IMG/VR virus record: IMGVR_UViG_3300005680_000091
From: an uncultured virus (IMG/VR IMGVR_UViG_3300005680_000091)
Lineage: Duplodnaviria > Heunggongvirae > Uroviricota > Caudoviricetes
Reading direction: 5' to 3' (one strand)
Length of the DNA: 20,000 bases
The notes beneath the pieces were generated by a model. The model was not told where the DNA came from. It searched no databases and saw nothing but the letters and a program-made list of their open reading frames with translations. This document shows, piece by piece, positions 1-8,733 of this stretch (the stretch's first letter is position 1; every line of letters begins with the position of its first letter). The position numbers and the translations under genes were made by a program.

Positions 1-927
1 CTCATCCGTCCACCTGCGATTCGAGCGGCCGGCGACCAGCTTGTAGCCGGGGATCTTGCCGCCGTGGTCCCGCGCCTGGACGTAGGCGAAGTCTTGGATG
101 TTCTTCGCCCAGTTGATGATCCGGTCGAGCTTCGGCAGTAGTGCAGCGATCTGCTCGAAGCTCAACAGGCCCGGGATCGCGTCGTGCTCTTCGAAGGTCG
201 AGACCGCCTCGCGCGCCCGCTCCGGACAGGTCGCCCTCACCTTGCAGAACGTGCAGTGGTCGCCCGCGCGGAGAGTTGCGCTCCCCTTGTAGGCGTCGTG
301 CGCGATCGGCTTGATGTCCTCGAGCCAGACAAGCAGCTCTTCGGCGCTGATTTCCCACCGGTCGAAGTGCGCGATCCGGGGCTGCACGATGCAAAGCTCG
401 ATCGACTGGATCTCGACGATGCAGTCCAGCAGATCCAGCACGCCGGCGCCGTAGAGCTTCAGCTGCGGGTTGTCCGCAGCGAAGACCTTGATGCCCTGGC
501 CGCCCTTCAGATCGACCATGTAGGCCTTCTTCGCGCGGGGGAACACCAGCACCAGGTCGGCCGTGCCGAAGCCACCCGGCACCCAGCGGCTGAAGTCGAG
601 GCGCTCCTCGATCCAGATCAGCGGCTCCTCGTCGTGCTCGGCGAGGATGCCCTCTGCGAAGTTGCGGTAGGCGGCGACTGCGGCGTACATCTCGGCGTCG
701 TACTTGTCCGACTCGAGGACGACCTTCTCCCCGAGGAGTCGGTTGCGCAGCGCGAGCTCGCCCAGCTCGTGGCAGGTGGTGCCCCACTCGGCGTAGCTGC
801 TCGACGTGTCGGGCATGTCGCGCGTCAAGGCCACCGAGCCGGGGCAGTTGAGCCACCGGTCGGCACCCGACGCGGACAAGACCGCATGTGCGCGCTCGCC
901 GTGATCAGGCGTGGCGTGCTCGGTCAT
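1..927 (-). CDS. DUF2800-family Cas4-like PD-(D/E)XK nuclease; 3' end lies beyond the left edge of the window
   Basis: Hand-translated from ATG 927; this frame is absent from the ORF track because it has no stop in the window. Reads MTEHATPDHGERAHAVLSASGADRWLNCPGS...YAEWGTTCHEL...GFGTADLV...VDLKGGQG...NPQLKLYGAG...IVQPR...GDHCTFCKVRATC...IPGYKLVAGRSNRRW. Start overlaps the upstream stop (TGATG). Confidence 0.9.
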   Translation of the reverse strand, partial: MTEHATPDHGERAHAVLSASGADRWLNCPGSVALTRDMPDTSSSYAEWGTTCHELGELALRNRLLGEKVVLESDKYDAEMYAAVAAYRNFAEGILAEHDEEPLIWIEERLDFSRWVPGGFGTADLVLVFPRAKKAYMVDLKGGQGIKVFAADNPQLKLYGAGVLDLLDCIVEIQSIELCIVQPRIAHFDRWEISAEELLVWLEDIKPIAHDAYKGSATLRAGDHCTFCKVRATCPERAREAVSTFEEHDAIPGLLSFEQIAALLPKLDRIINWAKNIQDFAYVQARDHGGKIPGYKLVAGRSNRRWTDE

Positions 928-1454
928 CAGCCGAACTCCGCATCCGTGGTGGCGCCGGCCTCGAGGGCATCGAGGGCAGCCCAGAATGCGACGCGCTGGG
1001 CATCGTCCATACCTGAGATGTTGCCGGCTGCCGGGTTGATCTTCTTGATCAGGCCGGTCACGGCTTCCTTGCCGAACTTCTGTGCCAGCTTCGGGGCACG
1101 CAGCTGCAGTTGCTCGACGGTCGGCGCGTTGGCGGCAGGGGCAGGGGCTGCAGGCACCGGTTCCGGCTGTGCCGCAACCACAGCCTCCTTGGTTTTCACC
1201 TCTTCCGTCGGCACGGGGGCGGCGACCGCTTCAGCCTTCGGCTCCTCCGCGTTCTTGCGGGGGCGGCCACGGCCGCGGGTCGCAGCCTTTTCGACGGCCG
1301 CCTCGGCAACTTCCGCCGCGGCGGTCTCAGCCTCTTCAGCCGCGGCGGCCCGGGCCAATGCAGCGGACTCCAACAGGAGATTGCGACCGGCTTGCAGATC
1401 GACCAGGCGCTCGAGCGAGTCGGCGATGCGTTCCAGGGTGTTTTCGATGCTCAT
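927..1454 (-). CDS. Hypothetical Ala/Glu-rich phage protein (175 aa) with AT-hook-like RGRGRPRK motif
   Basis: Start moved to ATG 1454 (MSIENTLERIADSLERL), which has a GAGGA RBS. Translationally coupled to the DUF2800 gene. Confidence 0.8.
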   Translation of the reverse strand: MSIENTLERIADSLERLVDLQAGRNLLLESAALARAAAAEEAETAAAEVAEAAVEKAATRGRGRPRKNAEEPKAEAVAAPVPTEEVKTKEAVVAAQPEPVPAAPAPAANAPTVEQLQLRAPKLAQKFGKEAVTGLIKKINPAAGNISGMDDAQRVAFWAALDALEAGATTDAEFG

Positions 1455-1467
1455 GGGTTCCTCGAGT

Positions 1468-1482
1468 GGGAGACGCGCTCCC
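1468..1482. promoter_or_regulatory. Operator-like palindrome GGGAG-acgcg-CTCCC
   Basis: Matches GKGAG-N5-CTCMC; just upstream of the RBS of 927-1454. Confidence 0.65.
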
Positions 1483-1681
1483 TTTGTGGTTGAAGTCAGA
1501 TCCGTCCGGCAGCCTTGGCGGCCAGCTGGATGGAGACCAGAACGTGGGGGCGGTTGCTCTGATGCCACAGGTGGGCACTCGAGTCGTAGCGCGGGTGAAG
1601 AACCCACGCCTCGCCAAGATACGCCTTGGCGGCAGCGAGCTTTGCTTCCATGTCGATTGGCTCCGATGTCGAAATATCACA

Positions 1682-1696
1682 GGGAGAAGGACTCCC
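1682..1696. promoter_or_regulatory. Operator-like palindrome GGGAG-aagga-CTCCC
   Basis: Matches GKGAG-N5-CTCMC; in the divergent intergenic region. Confidence 0.7.
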
Positions 1697-1699
1697 CTA

Positions 1700-1788
1700 T
1701 CGGACCAGTGCAGAGCGCTCAACGACGAGGCAATCAGGGAGAGGAGACAGGGCAACCAACCTCGCCGGAGCGCTCTGCACTGGTCCGA
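1700..1788. repeat. Perfect 21-bp inverted repeat with 47-nt loop
   Basis: TCGGACCAGTGCAGAGCGCTC (1700-1720) / GAGCGCTCTGCACTGGTCCGA (1768-1788). Confidence 0.9.
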
Positions 1789-1793
1789 CGGAT

Positions 1794-1808
1794 GTGAGTC
1801 TGCCTCAC
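1794..1808. promoter_or_regulatory. Operator-like palindrome GTGAG-tctgc-CTCAC
   Basis: Matches GKGAG-N5-CTCMC. Confidence 0.7.
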
Positions 1809-1914
1809 TCGCGGGGCTAGCGCAAGGCCCTGCGCCGAAAATTTTTACAGCACCAGTGCGGGTGCCCCCTTGTTAATCGCCGAAACTGTGCAAGAACAAA
1901 AAGCGCTCGGCAAC

Positions 1915-1965
1915 GGGAGTCTTGCTCCCAGGTGCTGCGCCCGGTACGATGTGAGTTCTACTCAC
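1915..1965 (+). promoter_or_regulatory. Rightward sigma70 promoter flanked by two operator palindromes
   Basis: -35 TTGCTC (1922-1927), 17-bp spacer, -10 TACGAT (1945-1950). GGGAG-tcttg-CTCCC (1915-1929) overlaps the -35; GTGAG-ttcta-CTCAC (1951-1965) directly follows the -10. Confidence 0.7.
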
Positions 1966-1978
1966 CCTCTCCTCTACC

Positions 1979-2257
1979 ATGAAACCCTCTGAACTCCGCA
2001 ACCTCATCCGCGCACTCGGCGGAGCCAAGGTGGTCGCCCGCGCTTGTGATGTCACGAGCCAGGCGGTGAGCCACTGGAAGTGCGTGCCGCCTGAGCATGT
2101 CGTCCGCATCGAAGAGATGGCGCGTCTGAAGCGTGTCCTGCGCTCCGACGGCACCCCCTACTCAGTCGCCGTGCTCCGCCCCGACATGGTTCGCGGCTTC
2201 GACCGGATCGAACCGGCCTCCCGCACCGCTGCTGCAACTCTGGTGGAAGCGGACTGA
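1979..2257 (+). CDS. Cro/YdaS-like HTH transcriptional regulator
   Basis: LGGAKVVARACDVTSQAVSHW..VPPEHV..IE....LRPD pattern typical of Cro/YdaS-like proteins; first gene of the rightward operon. Confidence 0.8.
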   Translation: MKPSELRNLIRALGGAKVVARACDVTSQAVSHWKCVPPEHVVRIEEMARLKRVLRSDGTPYSVAVLRPDMVRGFDRIEPASRTAAATLVEAD

Positions 2258-2305
2258 TGGCACCTGAAAACGATTTGCGCAGAGTTTTGAAGGCGGTGCT
2301 CTGAA

Positions 2306-2539
2306 ATGGACGAACGCTACCTCGAGCAGGCTGAGCGCCTGACCTCCGCGCTGGCCGAAGAAGAGCAGGACCGCATTCGACGCGAGCTTGCCCAGCCCGC
2401 GATCCCGCCCGACTGGGACGGCACCTGCCCGGATTGTGGCGCCGAGGTGCCCAAGGCGCGCGTCGTGGCCTCCGGTTCGATGCTCTGCGTGGATTGCAAG
2501 ACCGAACAGGAATACCGGAGCCGTTTCACTCGAAGGTGA
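2306..2539 (+). CDS. TraR/DksA C4-type zinc finger protein
   Basis: CPDCGAEVPKARV......LCVDCKTEQE motif after an N-terminal helix (MDERYLEQAE). Confidence 0.88.
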   Translation: MDERYLEQAERLTSALAEEEQDRIRRELAQPAIPPDWDGTCPDCGAEVPKARVVASGSMLCVDCKTEQEYRSRFTRR

Positions 2540-2620
2540 GTAGGGCGCCCCTCTGCCGCCGGGTGCTTCCTGCGCTTCGGCCTCGCGGCTTCAACGTGAA
2601 AGCGCTGCACGGAGAAAACC

Positions 2621-3832
2621 ATGAAGCTCACTGACGAGCAGGAACGCGCGCTGATCCAGATCCAGGAGCTGCGCGAGGACGGGGCCAAGGAGATCCGGTT
2701 CGCCGGTCCGGCCGGCACCGGCAAGACGACGTTGATCCGCCAGCTGCTGGCGGATCTGCCCGGGGCCGACATCGAGGTGGTGACCCCGACGAACAAGGCG
2801 GCCAAGGTGCTGCGCTCGAAGGGGGTGCCGGCATCGACACTCTACTCGGTCTTCTTCACGCCTGAGGACGAGGCCGAGGGTCGCAAGTCGAGTGGCGGCC
2901 GGGTTCGCTTCCTGCCCAACTACCAGCTGTCGAACTTCAGCGAGGGCAAGCGCGACTTCGCCGACACGATCGTGCTCGATGAGGCTTCGATGCTCCAGAC
3001 CTGGCTGCTGCAGCACCTGCGCCGGATGTGCAACACCCTCATCCTGGTGGGTGATCCGCACCAGCTGCCGCCGGTGAACGACCAGATCAACCCGGACGGC
3101 TACTTCGTGACGGCCCGGCCGCACGTCGAGCTCACCACCGTGATGCGGCAAGGGGAGGGCTCGCCCATCCTCGATCTGGCCACCCACATCCGCAACGGGC
3201 GCTTCCCGGACGCACTCGTGCGCAACTTGGCACCGCGCGACCAGTTCCACCAGTGGCTCGCCGCCGACAAGAAGATCATCGCCTTCACCAACGCGCACCG
3301 TCGGCAGATCAACCTGATCGCGCGGCGCGTGCTGGGCTTCGAGGGTGTGCTCCCGAAGCCGGGCGATCGGCTGGTGTGCAACGACAACCACGACAGCGCG
3401 ATCCTCAACGGCACCGAGGTCGAGGTGATCCAGTTCGCCTGGAAGATGCCGGATCTGCTGGGCAAGCTGGTGTGCTCGGACGAAGAGGGCCGGACGCACA
3501 CGCTCGACCTCAACATGGGCAAGTTCCTGTCCGACCTGCCGGAGGAGTCCTATCCGGTCGCCAAGATGGAACACATCGTCAAGGCCGGCAAGGTGCTGGA
3601 TCAGGGCCTGTCGTTCTCCTACGGCTACTGCATCACCGCCCACAAGGCGCAGGGCAGCGAGTGGGACGACTGCTGTGTGGTCGATGAGCGCTTCGTGCTG
3701 GGCAAGGTGGATCCGTCGGGCAACACCGCGCGCCGCTGGATCTACACCGCCATCACCCGGGCGGCGAAGCGCCTGACCTTCGCCGATTACCGCTGGATCA
3801 AGAACGCGCAAGACGTGCGGAGGGCAGCATGA
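2621..3832 (+). CDS. RecD/Dda-like SF1B DNA helicase
   Basis: Q motif LTDEQ, Walker A GPAGTGKT, TPTNKAA, DEASM, VGDPHQLPPV, LTTVMRQ, YCITAHKAQGSEW, YTAITRA; GGAG RBS. Confidence 0.93.
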   Translation: MKLTDEQERALIQIQELREDGAKEIRFAGPAGTGKTTLIRQLLADLPGADIEVVTPTNKAAKVLRSKGVPASTLYSVFFTPEDEAEGRKSSGGRVRFLPNYQLSNFSEGKRDFADTIVLDEASMLQTWLLQHLRRMCNTLILVGDPHQLPPVNDQINPDGYFVTARPHVELTTVMRQGEGSPILDLATHIRNGRFPDALVRNLAPRDQFHQWLAADKKIIAFTNAHRRQINLIARRVLGFEGVLPKPGDRLVCNDNHDSAILNGTEVEVIQFAWKMPDLLGKLVCSDEEGRTHTLDLNMGKFLSDLPEESYPVAKMEHIVKAGKVLDQGLSFSYGYCITAHKAQGSEWDDCCVVDERFVLGKVDPSGNTARRWIYTAITRAAKRLTFADYRWIKNAQDVRRAA

Positions 3833-4482
3833 TCAAACCGATCGAGACGCAATACAAAGGCTACCGGTTCCGCAGCCGCCTCGAGGCGCGCTGGGCGGTG
3901 TTCTTCGACACGCTAGGCGTCAAGTGGGAGTACGAGCCAGAGGGGTTCGACTTGGGCGAGGCAGGATGGTATCTGCCGGACTTCCGGGTGACCAGCCCGC
4001 AGGGGATGGTCACCTGGTACGAAGTGAAGCCGCAGGGAGTGACGTCTGACATGAAGTTCTCGGCGTTCAAGTGTGCAATCGATGCGCGAGCCGACACGAC
4101 ACAGGCGGCTCTACTCAGCGGAGACCCGACAGATGTACTGGGCGAAGAGCCTGAGACTCACGCGTGTCCCCGGTGCGGTAGTTTGGCTAGGTTGGGAAGT
4201 ATTAGCTCCTTGCTATCGTTTGTGAGAGGCGACGGGGAAGACTCGGACGGTATGCCCCGCTGTGGCCCCCTTGAGGAGGTAGGCATCGCCTATGGGTGTT
4301 GGGCTTGTGACGTCAATACCCCCGTCGGAGGAGGCCACCCGCTTGAGATGGGTTTGGCGGGGCCGGTGCAACCCAACAAAGGTCTGGTGGAATTTTTCGA
4401 CGTAGCTGGTTGGCGCAGCATGCTCCGTCAATCTGCGAATGCTGCTCGAGCTGTCCGCTTCGGTAAGGGAGGTCGTGGATGA
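3829..4482 (+). CDS. Putative PD-(D/E)XK endonuclease with Cys-containing C-terminal region
   Basis: FRSRLEARWAVFFD..WEYEPEGF....YLPDF....YEVK; CPRC and CWAC pairs; ATGA overlaps on both sides. Confidence 0.75.
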   Translation: MIKPIETQYKGYRFRSRLEARWAVFFDTLGVKWEYEPEGFDLGEAGWYLPDFRVTSPQGMVTWYEVKPQGVTSDMKFSAFKCAIDARADTTQAALLSGDPTDVLGEEPETHACPRCGSLARLGSISSLLSFVRGDGEDSDGMPRCGPLEEVGIAYGCWACDVNTPVGGGHPLEMGLAGPVQPNKGLVEFFDVAGWRSMLRQSANAARAVRFGKGGRG

Positions 4483-6944
4483 CCTTCACATCTCTCGGCC
4501 CGAAGCTGCTCGCGCAGGGCTTCGAACCCATCCCTGTCGCCGGCAAGGCGCCGGCCGTCGACCGCTGGTCAGACGTCACGCTGCACCGCGACCAAGTTGC
4601 AATCTGGGCGCGGAACGGGAAAGGCCACCTGAACGTCGGCCTGCGCACCGGCACCCTCGCCGCGGTGGATCTGGACCTCTACGACCCGGCGGTCGCCGCC
4701 CGGGTGTATGAGGCCTTCGTCGCGCGCTTCGGCGAGGCGCCATGCCGCATCGGCCGCGCGCCGAAGCGGCTGTTGGTGTATGCCGCGCTGGAGCCGCGCA
4801 CGAAGATCAACTCGGCGTCCTGGATCCGGCCAAACCCGGAGGAGGGCGAGAAGGAAAACAAGGTCGAGGTGCTCGGCATCGGCCAGCAGTTCGTCGCCTA
4901 TGGCATCCACCCGGACACCCACAAGCCCTACCAGTGGCTGAACGGCAGCCTGGAGGACCAGGAGCTGTGGATGCTGCCCTCGATCGACCTGGACGCGGTG
5001 GCCGCCTGGGTGCGCGAGGAGCTGCCCGCGCTGATCCCGTCGGACTGGACCGTGAAGGGCTCGGCCACCGCCGGCGCCGCCTGGGACGACGACCCCTTCG
5101 AGGCGATAAAGAACCGCCACGACGACGTCGACCTCGAAGCGCTGCGCTGGATGCTCGAGCAGCTGCCGCAGGACTACTGCGACGATCGCGACTCGTGGCG
5201 CAACGTGATCTTCGCGGCGCACCACCAGTTCCACGGCACCGAGGAGGAGCTCGAGGCGCTCGAGATCGTCGATGGGTGGTCGTCGAAGTCGGTGAAGTAC
5301 GTGACCGGCGTGGTCGCTGCGATCTGGGAAAACGCGCACGAGCAGCGCACCGGCGGGCTGGTCACGGTCGGGTCGCTGAAGGACTGGGTCGGGTTGGACA
5401 ACTGGGCCGCGTATCGGGCGCAGCGCCTGGCGGAACAAGCGGCAGCGGTGGTGACCGATCGCAACTGGTTTGCTCGTATCGCAGAAGCCGATCAGGCCAC
5501 GATTGAAGGTACGATCGCTGCGGAGATTCGGACGGCCGATCTGACCCACGCCCAGCGTGAGCAGCTTGCCAACGCGGTGGCCTCGCGAATGACGCAGCTG
5601 CATCGTCGGATGGGCATCGCGGCGATCAGGCGCATGTTGGCGCCGATAAATCCGATCTTCAACCGCCCGGCCGAAGTCGATCTGACCGACTACATCCCCT
5701 TCGATATGGCGGTGCCGGCTCTCAACCCGGCCACCTTCCCGCACCACATCGCGACCGACACAGCCGTGATCGTGCGGACCACGATCGAGAACACGCAGCG
5801 CCTCCTGTCCGCCTACGGGATCACCGCCTACTACGACGAGGTGCGCAAGAAGGCTGTGATCAACGTGCCGGGTTTGTCGGTGAGTCCGGATCAGGCGGAC
5901 CCTGCCGCCCTGTCCTGGATCGCCTCGCTGGCCTCCCTCAACGAGATGGCCGCGGACCGCACGGTCGAGTTCGCGCTCACCACGGCCAGCCAGCGACCGC
6001 GCAACATCATCGCCGACTGGATCAAGTCGGCGCCTTGGGATGACAAGGACCGGATCAGCAAGCTGTGCAACACCCTCACCGTGAAGCCGGGTTTCCCGCT
6101 CGCGTTGCGCGACACGATCGTCCGGCGCTGGTTGATCTCGGCCGTGGGCGCTACGCTCAACACCAGCTACCGGTTCTACTCGAAGGGCGTGCTGGTGCTG
6201 CAGGGGCCACAATCCATCGGCAAGACCCCGTGGGTGGCCCACTTGGTACCCCAGACCTTGGACCAGTACGTGCTGCTGGGCATGCACCTAGACCCAGGCA
6301 GCCGTGACTCGATCAAGACGGCCGTTAGCCACTGGATCGTCGAGCTGGGCGAGGTCGATTCCACCATGAACCGGTCCGACGTGGCGATGTTGAAGGCCTT
6401 CATCAGCCAGCGCACGGACAAGATCCGGCTCCCCTACGCGAGAGTCGATTCCGAGTTCAAACGGCGCACCGTGTTCTTCGCGTCGGTGAACCCCGAGGAG
6501 TTCCTGCGCGACGAGACCGGCAACGTGCGGTGGTGGACGATCCCGGTCACCGCAGTGGATTTCCAGCACAGCATCGACTTGCAGCAGCTCTGGGCTCAGG
6601 CCGCCAGCCTCTACGAAGCGGGCGAATCCTGGTGGCTGACCAAGGAAGAGGAGGTCCGCCTCGAGCAGCGCAACGAGGACCACACCGTCAAGAGTTCGAT
6701 CTACGAGATGCTGGCCGACGTGCTGGAGCTTGGCGCACCGCGCGGAGAGTGGCAACGGATGAGTGCGTCCGAGGTGCTGCGCAACCGACTCGGCATCAAG
6801 ACGCCGACTAACCCGCAGTCGCGCGAGGCCGGGAAGGCGCTTCGTCTTCTGCTCGGCGCCCCGTGCGGCCGGACCGCCGGCACAGATCGGTGGGAGGTGC
6901 CACCTGCGAGGTTCGATCGGGCAATCGAGGAGGCCTTTGAATGA
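4479..6944 (+). CDS. Bifunctional primase-polymerase (Prim-Pol) + PriCT-2 + VirE/VapE-like P-loop helicase
   Basis: N-terminal PIP..GKAP..NVGLRTG..AVDLD..GQQFVAYGIHPDT..PYQW; PriCT-2-like DDRDSW...WSSKS.KY; C-terminal VLVLQGPQSIGKT, WIVELGE, KAFIS..DKIRLPYAR, FLRDETGNVRWW. Confidence 0.92.
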   Translation: MTFTSLGPKLLAQGFEPIPVAGKAPAVDRWSDVTLHRDQVAIWARNGKGHLNVGLRTGTLAAVDLDLYDPAVAARVYEAFVARFGEAPCRIGRAPKRLLVYAALEPRTKINSASWIRPNPEEGEKENKVEVLGIGQQFVAYGIHPDTHKPYQWLNGSLEDQELWMLPSIDLDAVAAWVREELPALIPSDWTVKGSATAGAAWDDDPFEAIKNRHDDVDLEALRWMLEQLPQDYCDDRDSWRNVIFAAHHQFHGTEEELEALEIVDGWSSKSVKYVTGVVAAIWENAHEQRTGGLVTVGSLKDWVGLDNWAAYRAQRLAEQAAAVVTDRNWFARIAEADQATIEGTIAAEIRTADLTHAQREQLANAVASRMTQLHRRMGIAAIRRMLAPINPIFNRPAEVDLTDYIPFDMAVPALNPATFPHHIATDTAVIVRTTIENTQRLLSAYGITAYYDEVRKKAVINVPGLSVSPDQADPAALSWIASLASLNEMAADRTVEFALTTASQRPRNIIADWIKSAPWDDKDRISKLCNTLTVKPGFPLALRDTIVRRWLISAVGATLNTSYRFYSKGVLVLQGPQSIGKTPWVAHLVPQTLDQYVLLGMHLDPGSRDSIKTAVSHWIVELGEVDSTMNRSDVAMLKAFISQRTDKIRLPYARVDSEFKRRTVFFASVNPEEFLRDETGNVRWWTIPVTAVDFQHSIDLQQLWAQAASLYEAGESWWLTKEEEVRLEQRNEDHTVKSSIYEMLADVLELGAPRGEWQRMSASEVLRNRLGIKTPTNPQSREAGKALRLLLGAPCGRTAGTDRWEVPPARFDRAIEEAFE

Positions 6945-7303
6945 ACGACCCATTCGCCGCGCTCGAGCGCGAGGTGGAAGCAGATCTGGAGACCCGCTTC
7001 ACGCGCGCCGTACAGAAGCGCTTCCCGGCCGCCCGGATCCGCAAGGGAAGGTGGGAAGGACGCCGCGGGGCGTTCGACCGGGTGGTGATGTTGCCCGGCC
7101 CGTTCATCGCCTTCGTGGAGCTCAAGAACGGCAAGGCAGGGCGGCTGTCCGGGCCGCAGAAGGAGGAGCTGCAGGCCCTGTGCGACATGGGCTTTTTCGC
7201 CCGGGTCGTGCGGACCGATGCGGACATCGCGCTCTTCGTTGAAGACCTCGCGAGGGTCGGGCGGCTGGGTCGGATAGACGCGCTCTGGGGCTTCAAGCCG
7301 TGA
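6941..7303 (+). CDS. VRR-NUC domain nuclease
   Basis: E..LE....GRRGAFDRVV...FVELK...GRLSGPQ; usual position directly upstream of the SNF2 helicase. Confidence 0.85.
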   Translation: MNDPFAALEREVEADLETRFTRAVQKRFPAARIRKGRWEGRRGAFDRVVMLPGPFIAFVELKNGKAGRLSGPQKEELQALCDMGFFARVVRTDADIALFVEDLARVGRLGRIDALWGFKP

Positions 7304-8733
7304 AGCCCTACACCCCGCGCCCATACCAGACCCGGATGACCCAGGCGATCCTGGAAGACGACGTCCTGTTGGCGGCCCGGCCGGGCCTGGGCAAAACGGC
7401 CGCGGCGCTCGACGCCATTGCGCAGGGTATCTTCGACCGGTGCGAGTTCAGCCGCGTGCTGGTTGTGGCGCCGAAGGTGGTGGCCTCGGACACCTGGCCA
7501 AACGAGATCCGCAAGTGGGCGCCGTTCGCACGCCTGACGTACCGCTACTGGGGTGCAGAGGACTTTGGCTACGAGCGACAGGAGCGGGTCGTAGCCGGCG
7601 AGGTGGTCGGCCAGAAACTGCGCCCGGCCGACGCCGCGGCGCTGCGCGACGAGGTGCTGCGCGACCCGGCCCTGATCCACCTCGTGAGCCGTGACAACAT
7701 CTACAACTTCGTGCTCGCGCTGGGCAAGACGTTTCCCTACGACCTGCTGGTGCTCGACGAGTCGGGCAGCTTCTCGGACCTGGAATCCGGCCGCTACCGG
7801 GCGGCCCTGGCCGTGCGCCCGCTGGTTGATCGGCTGGTCGAGTTGAACGGCACGCCGATCGGCAACAAGCTCGAGAAGCTCTGGGCGCAGGTGTGCCTGC
7901 TCGACGGTGGCGCCGCGCTGGGTACCGACGTCGGCCGGTTTCGCATGAGCTACATGGAGCCGAACAAGATCGACCGCAGCCGCGGCAAGGTCTTCAGCTG
8001 GAAGGTGCGCGAGGGGGCGCTGGCGGCTGTGATCGAACGTTGCCGCGGCCGGATCGTGGCGCTGCGCGAGGAGGACTGGTTGACCCTGCCGCCGATGATC
8101 CAGAACCCGGTCTTCGTCGACATTCCGATGGGTGAGTACCGGCGAATGGCGCGCGAGCTGCTGCTCGAGCTCGGTGGTGATGCCCAGGCGCTGGCGGTCA
8201 ATGCCGGCGTGCTCTACGGAAAATTGGCCCAGATCGCGTGCGGCATCGTGTTCGACACCGAGAAGGTCGTGCACGAGATCCACCAGGTGAAGCTCGACGC
8301 GCTGGCCGAGCTCGACGAGGTGCACGACGCGCCGCTGCTGATCTGGACCCGGTTCAACCCGGACGTCGCGCGGATCAAACGGCTCTTCCCCAAGGCGCTC
8401 GAGGCGAACAAGGTGAAGAACCTGGAGGCGCGCTGGAACGCCGGCGAGATCCGGCACCTGATCGCCCACCCGGATTCGCTGGCCTATGGAGCCAACCTGC
8501 AGGACTGCCCAGGCTCGGCGATGTGTTGGTTCGGGATCACGGAGAACGCCGAACACTGGAACCAGGGCATCAAGCGGCTACACCGGTCTGGGCGCACCGA
8601 GCCGGTTGTGAACTACTCGATCGTGGCGCGCGGCACGGTCGAGGAGGGGATGATCGAGCGGCGCATGGAGCGCGGTGCCCTCGAGGAAGACCTGATGGCT
8701 GCGCTGGCGTTTCAGAAGGAGATGCTGAGGTGA
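7300..8733 (+). CDS. SNF2-family (SF2) phage DNA helicase
   Basis: PRPYQ, PGLGKT, VLVVAP..V...W..EI.KW, LVLDES, LNGTP, GANLQ, QGIKRLHRSG. Confidence 0.92.
   Translation: MKPYTPRPYQTRMTQAILEDDVLLAARPGLGKTAAALDAIAQGIFDRCEFSRVLVVAPKVVASDTWPNEIRKWAPFARLTYRYWGAEDFGYERQERVVAGEVVGQKLRPADAAALRDEVLRDPALIHLVSRDNIYNFVLALGKTFPYDLLVLDESGSFSDLESGRYRAALAVRPLVDRLVELNGTPIGNKLEKLWAQVCLLDGGAALGTDVGRFRMSYMEPNKIDRSRGKVFSWKVREGALAAVIERCRGRIVALREEDWLTLPPMIQNPVFVDIPMGEYRRMARELLLELGGDAQALAVNAGVLYGKLAQIACGIVFDTEKVVHEIHQVKLDALAELDEVHDAPLLIWTRFNPDVARIKRLFPKALEANKVKNLEARWNAGEIRHLIAHPDSLAYGANLQDCPGSAMCWFGITENAEHWNQGIKRLHRSGRTEPVVNYSIVARGTVEEGMIERRMERGALEEDLMAALAFQKEMLR

Noticed and set aside
1..927. Cas4-like nuclease as the adaptation module of the array system
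   Set aside because: DUF2800 genes are a standard part of this type of phage replication module, and this one lies more than 12 kb from the cassette in another operon.
1495..1660. tRNA gene
   Set aside because: No T-loop GTTCRA in a cloverleaf context and no matching acceptor stem found.
2696..2722. Self-target of guide A in the helicase Walker A codons (GGt CCg GCc GGc); also TAc GAc CCg GCg at ~4680 in the primase gene
   Set aside because: Only 4 of 9 dinucleotides match in each case, which is expected by chance in GC-rich DNA. I found no full gapped match by eye, though the search was not exhaustive.
184..8556. Long ORF-track ORFs 2-856(-), 184-1797(+), 2591-3811(-), 4569-6287(-), 6808-8556(-)
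   Set aside because: Shadow or alternate-frame ORFs overlapping genes with clear family motifs; typical of high-GC DNA.
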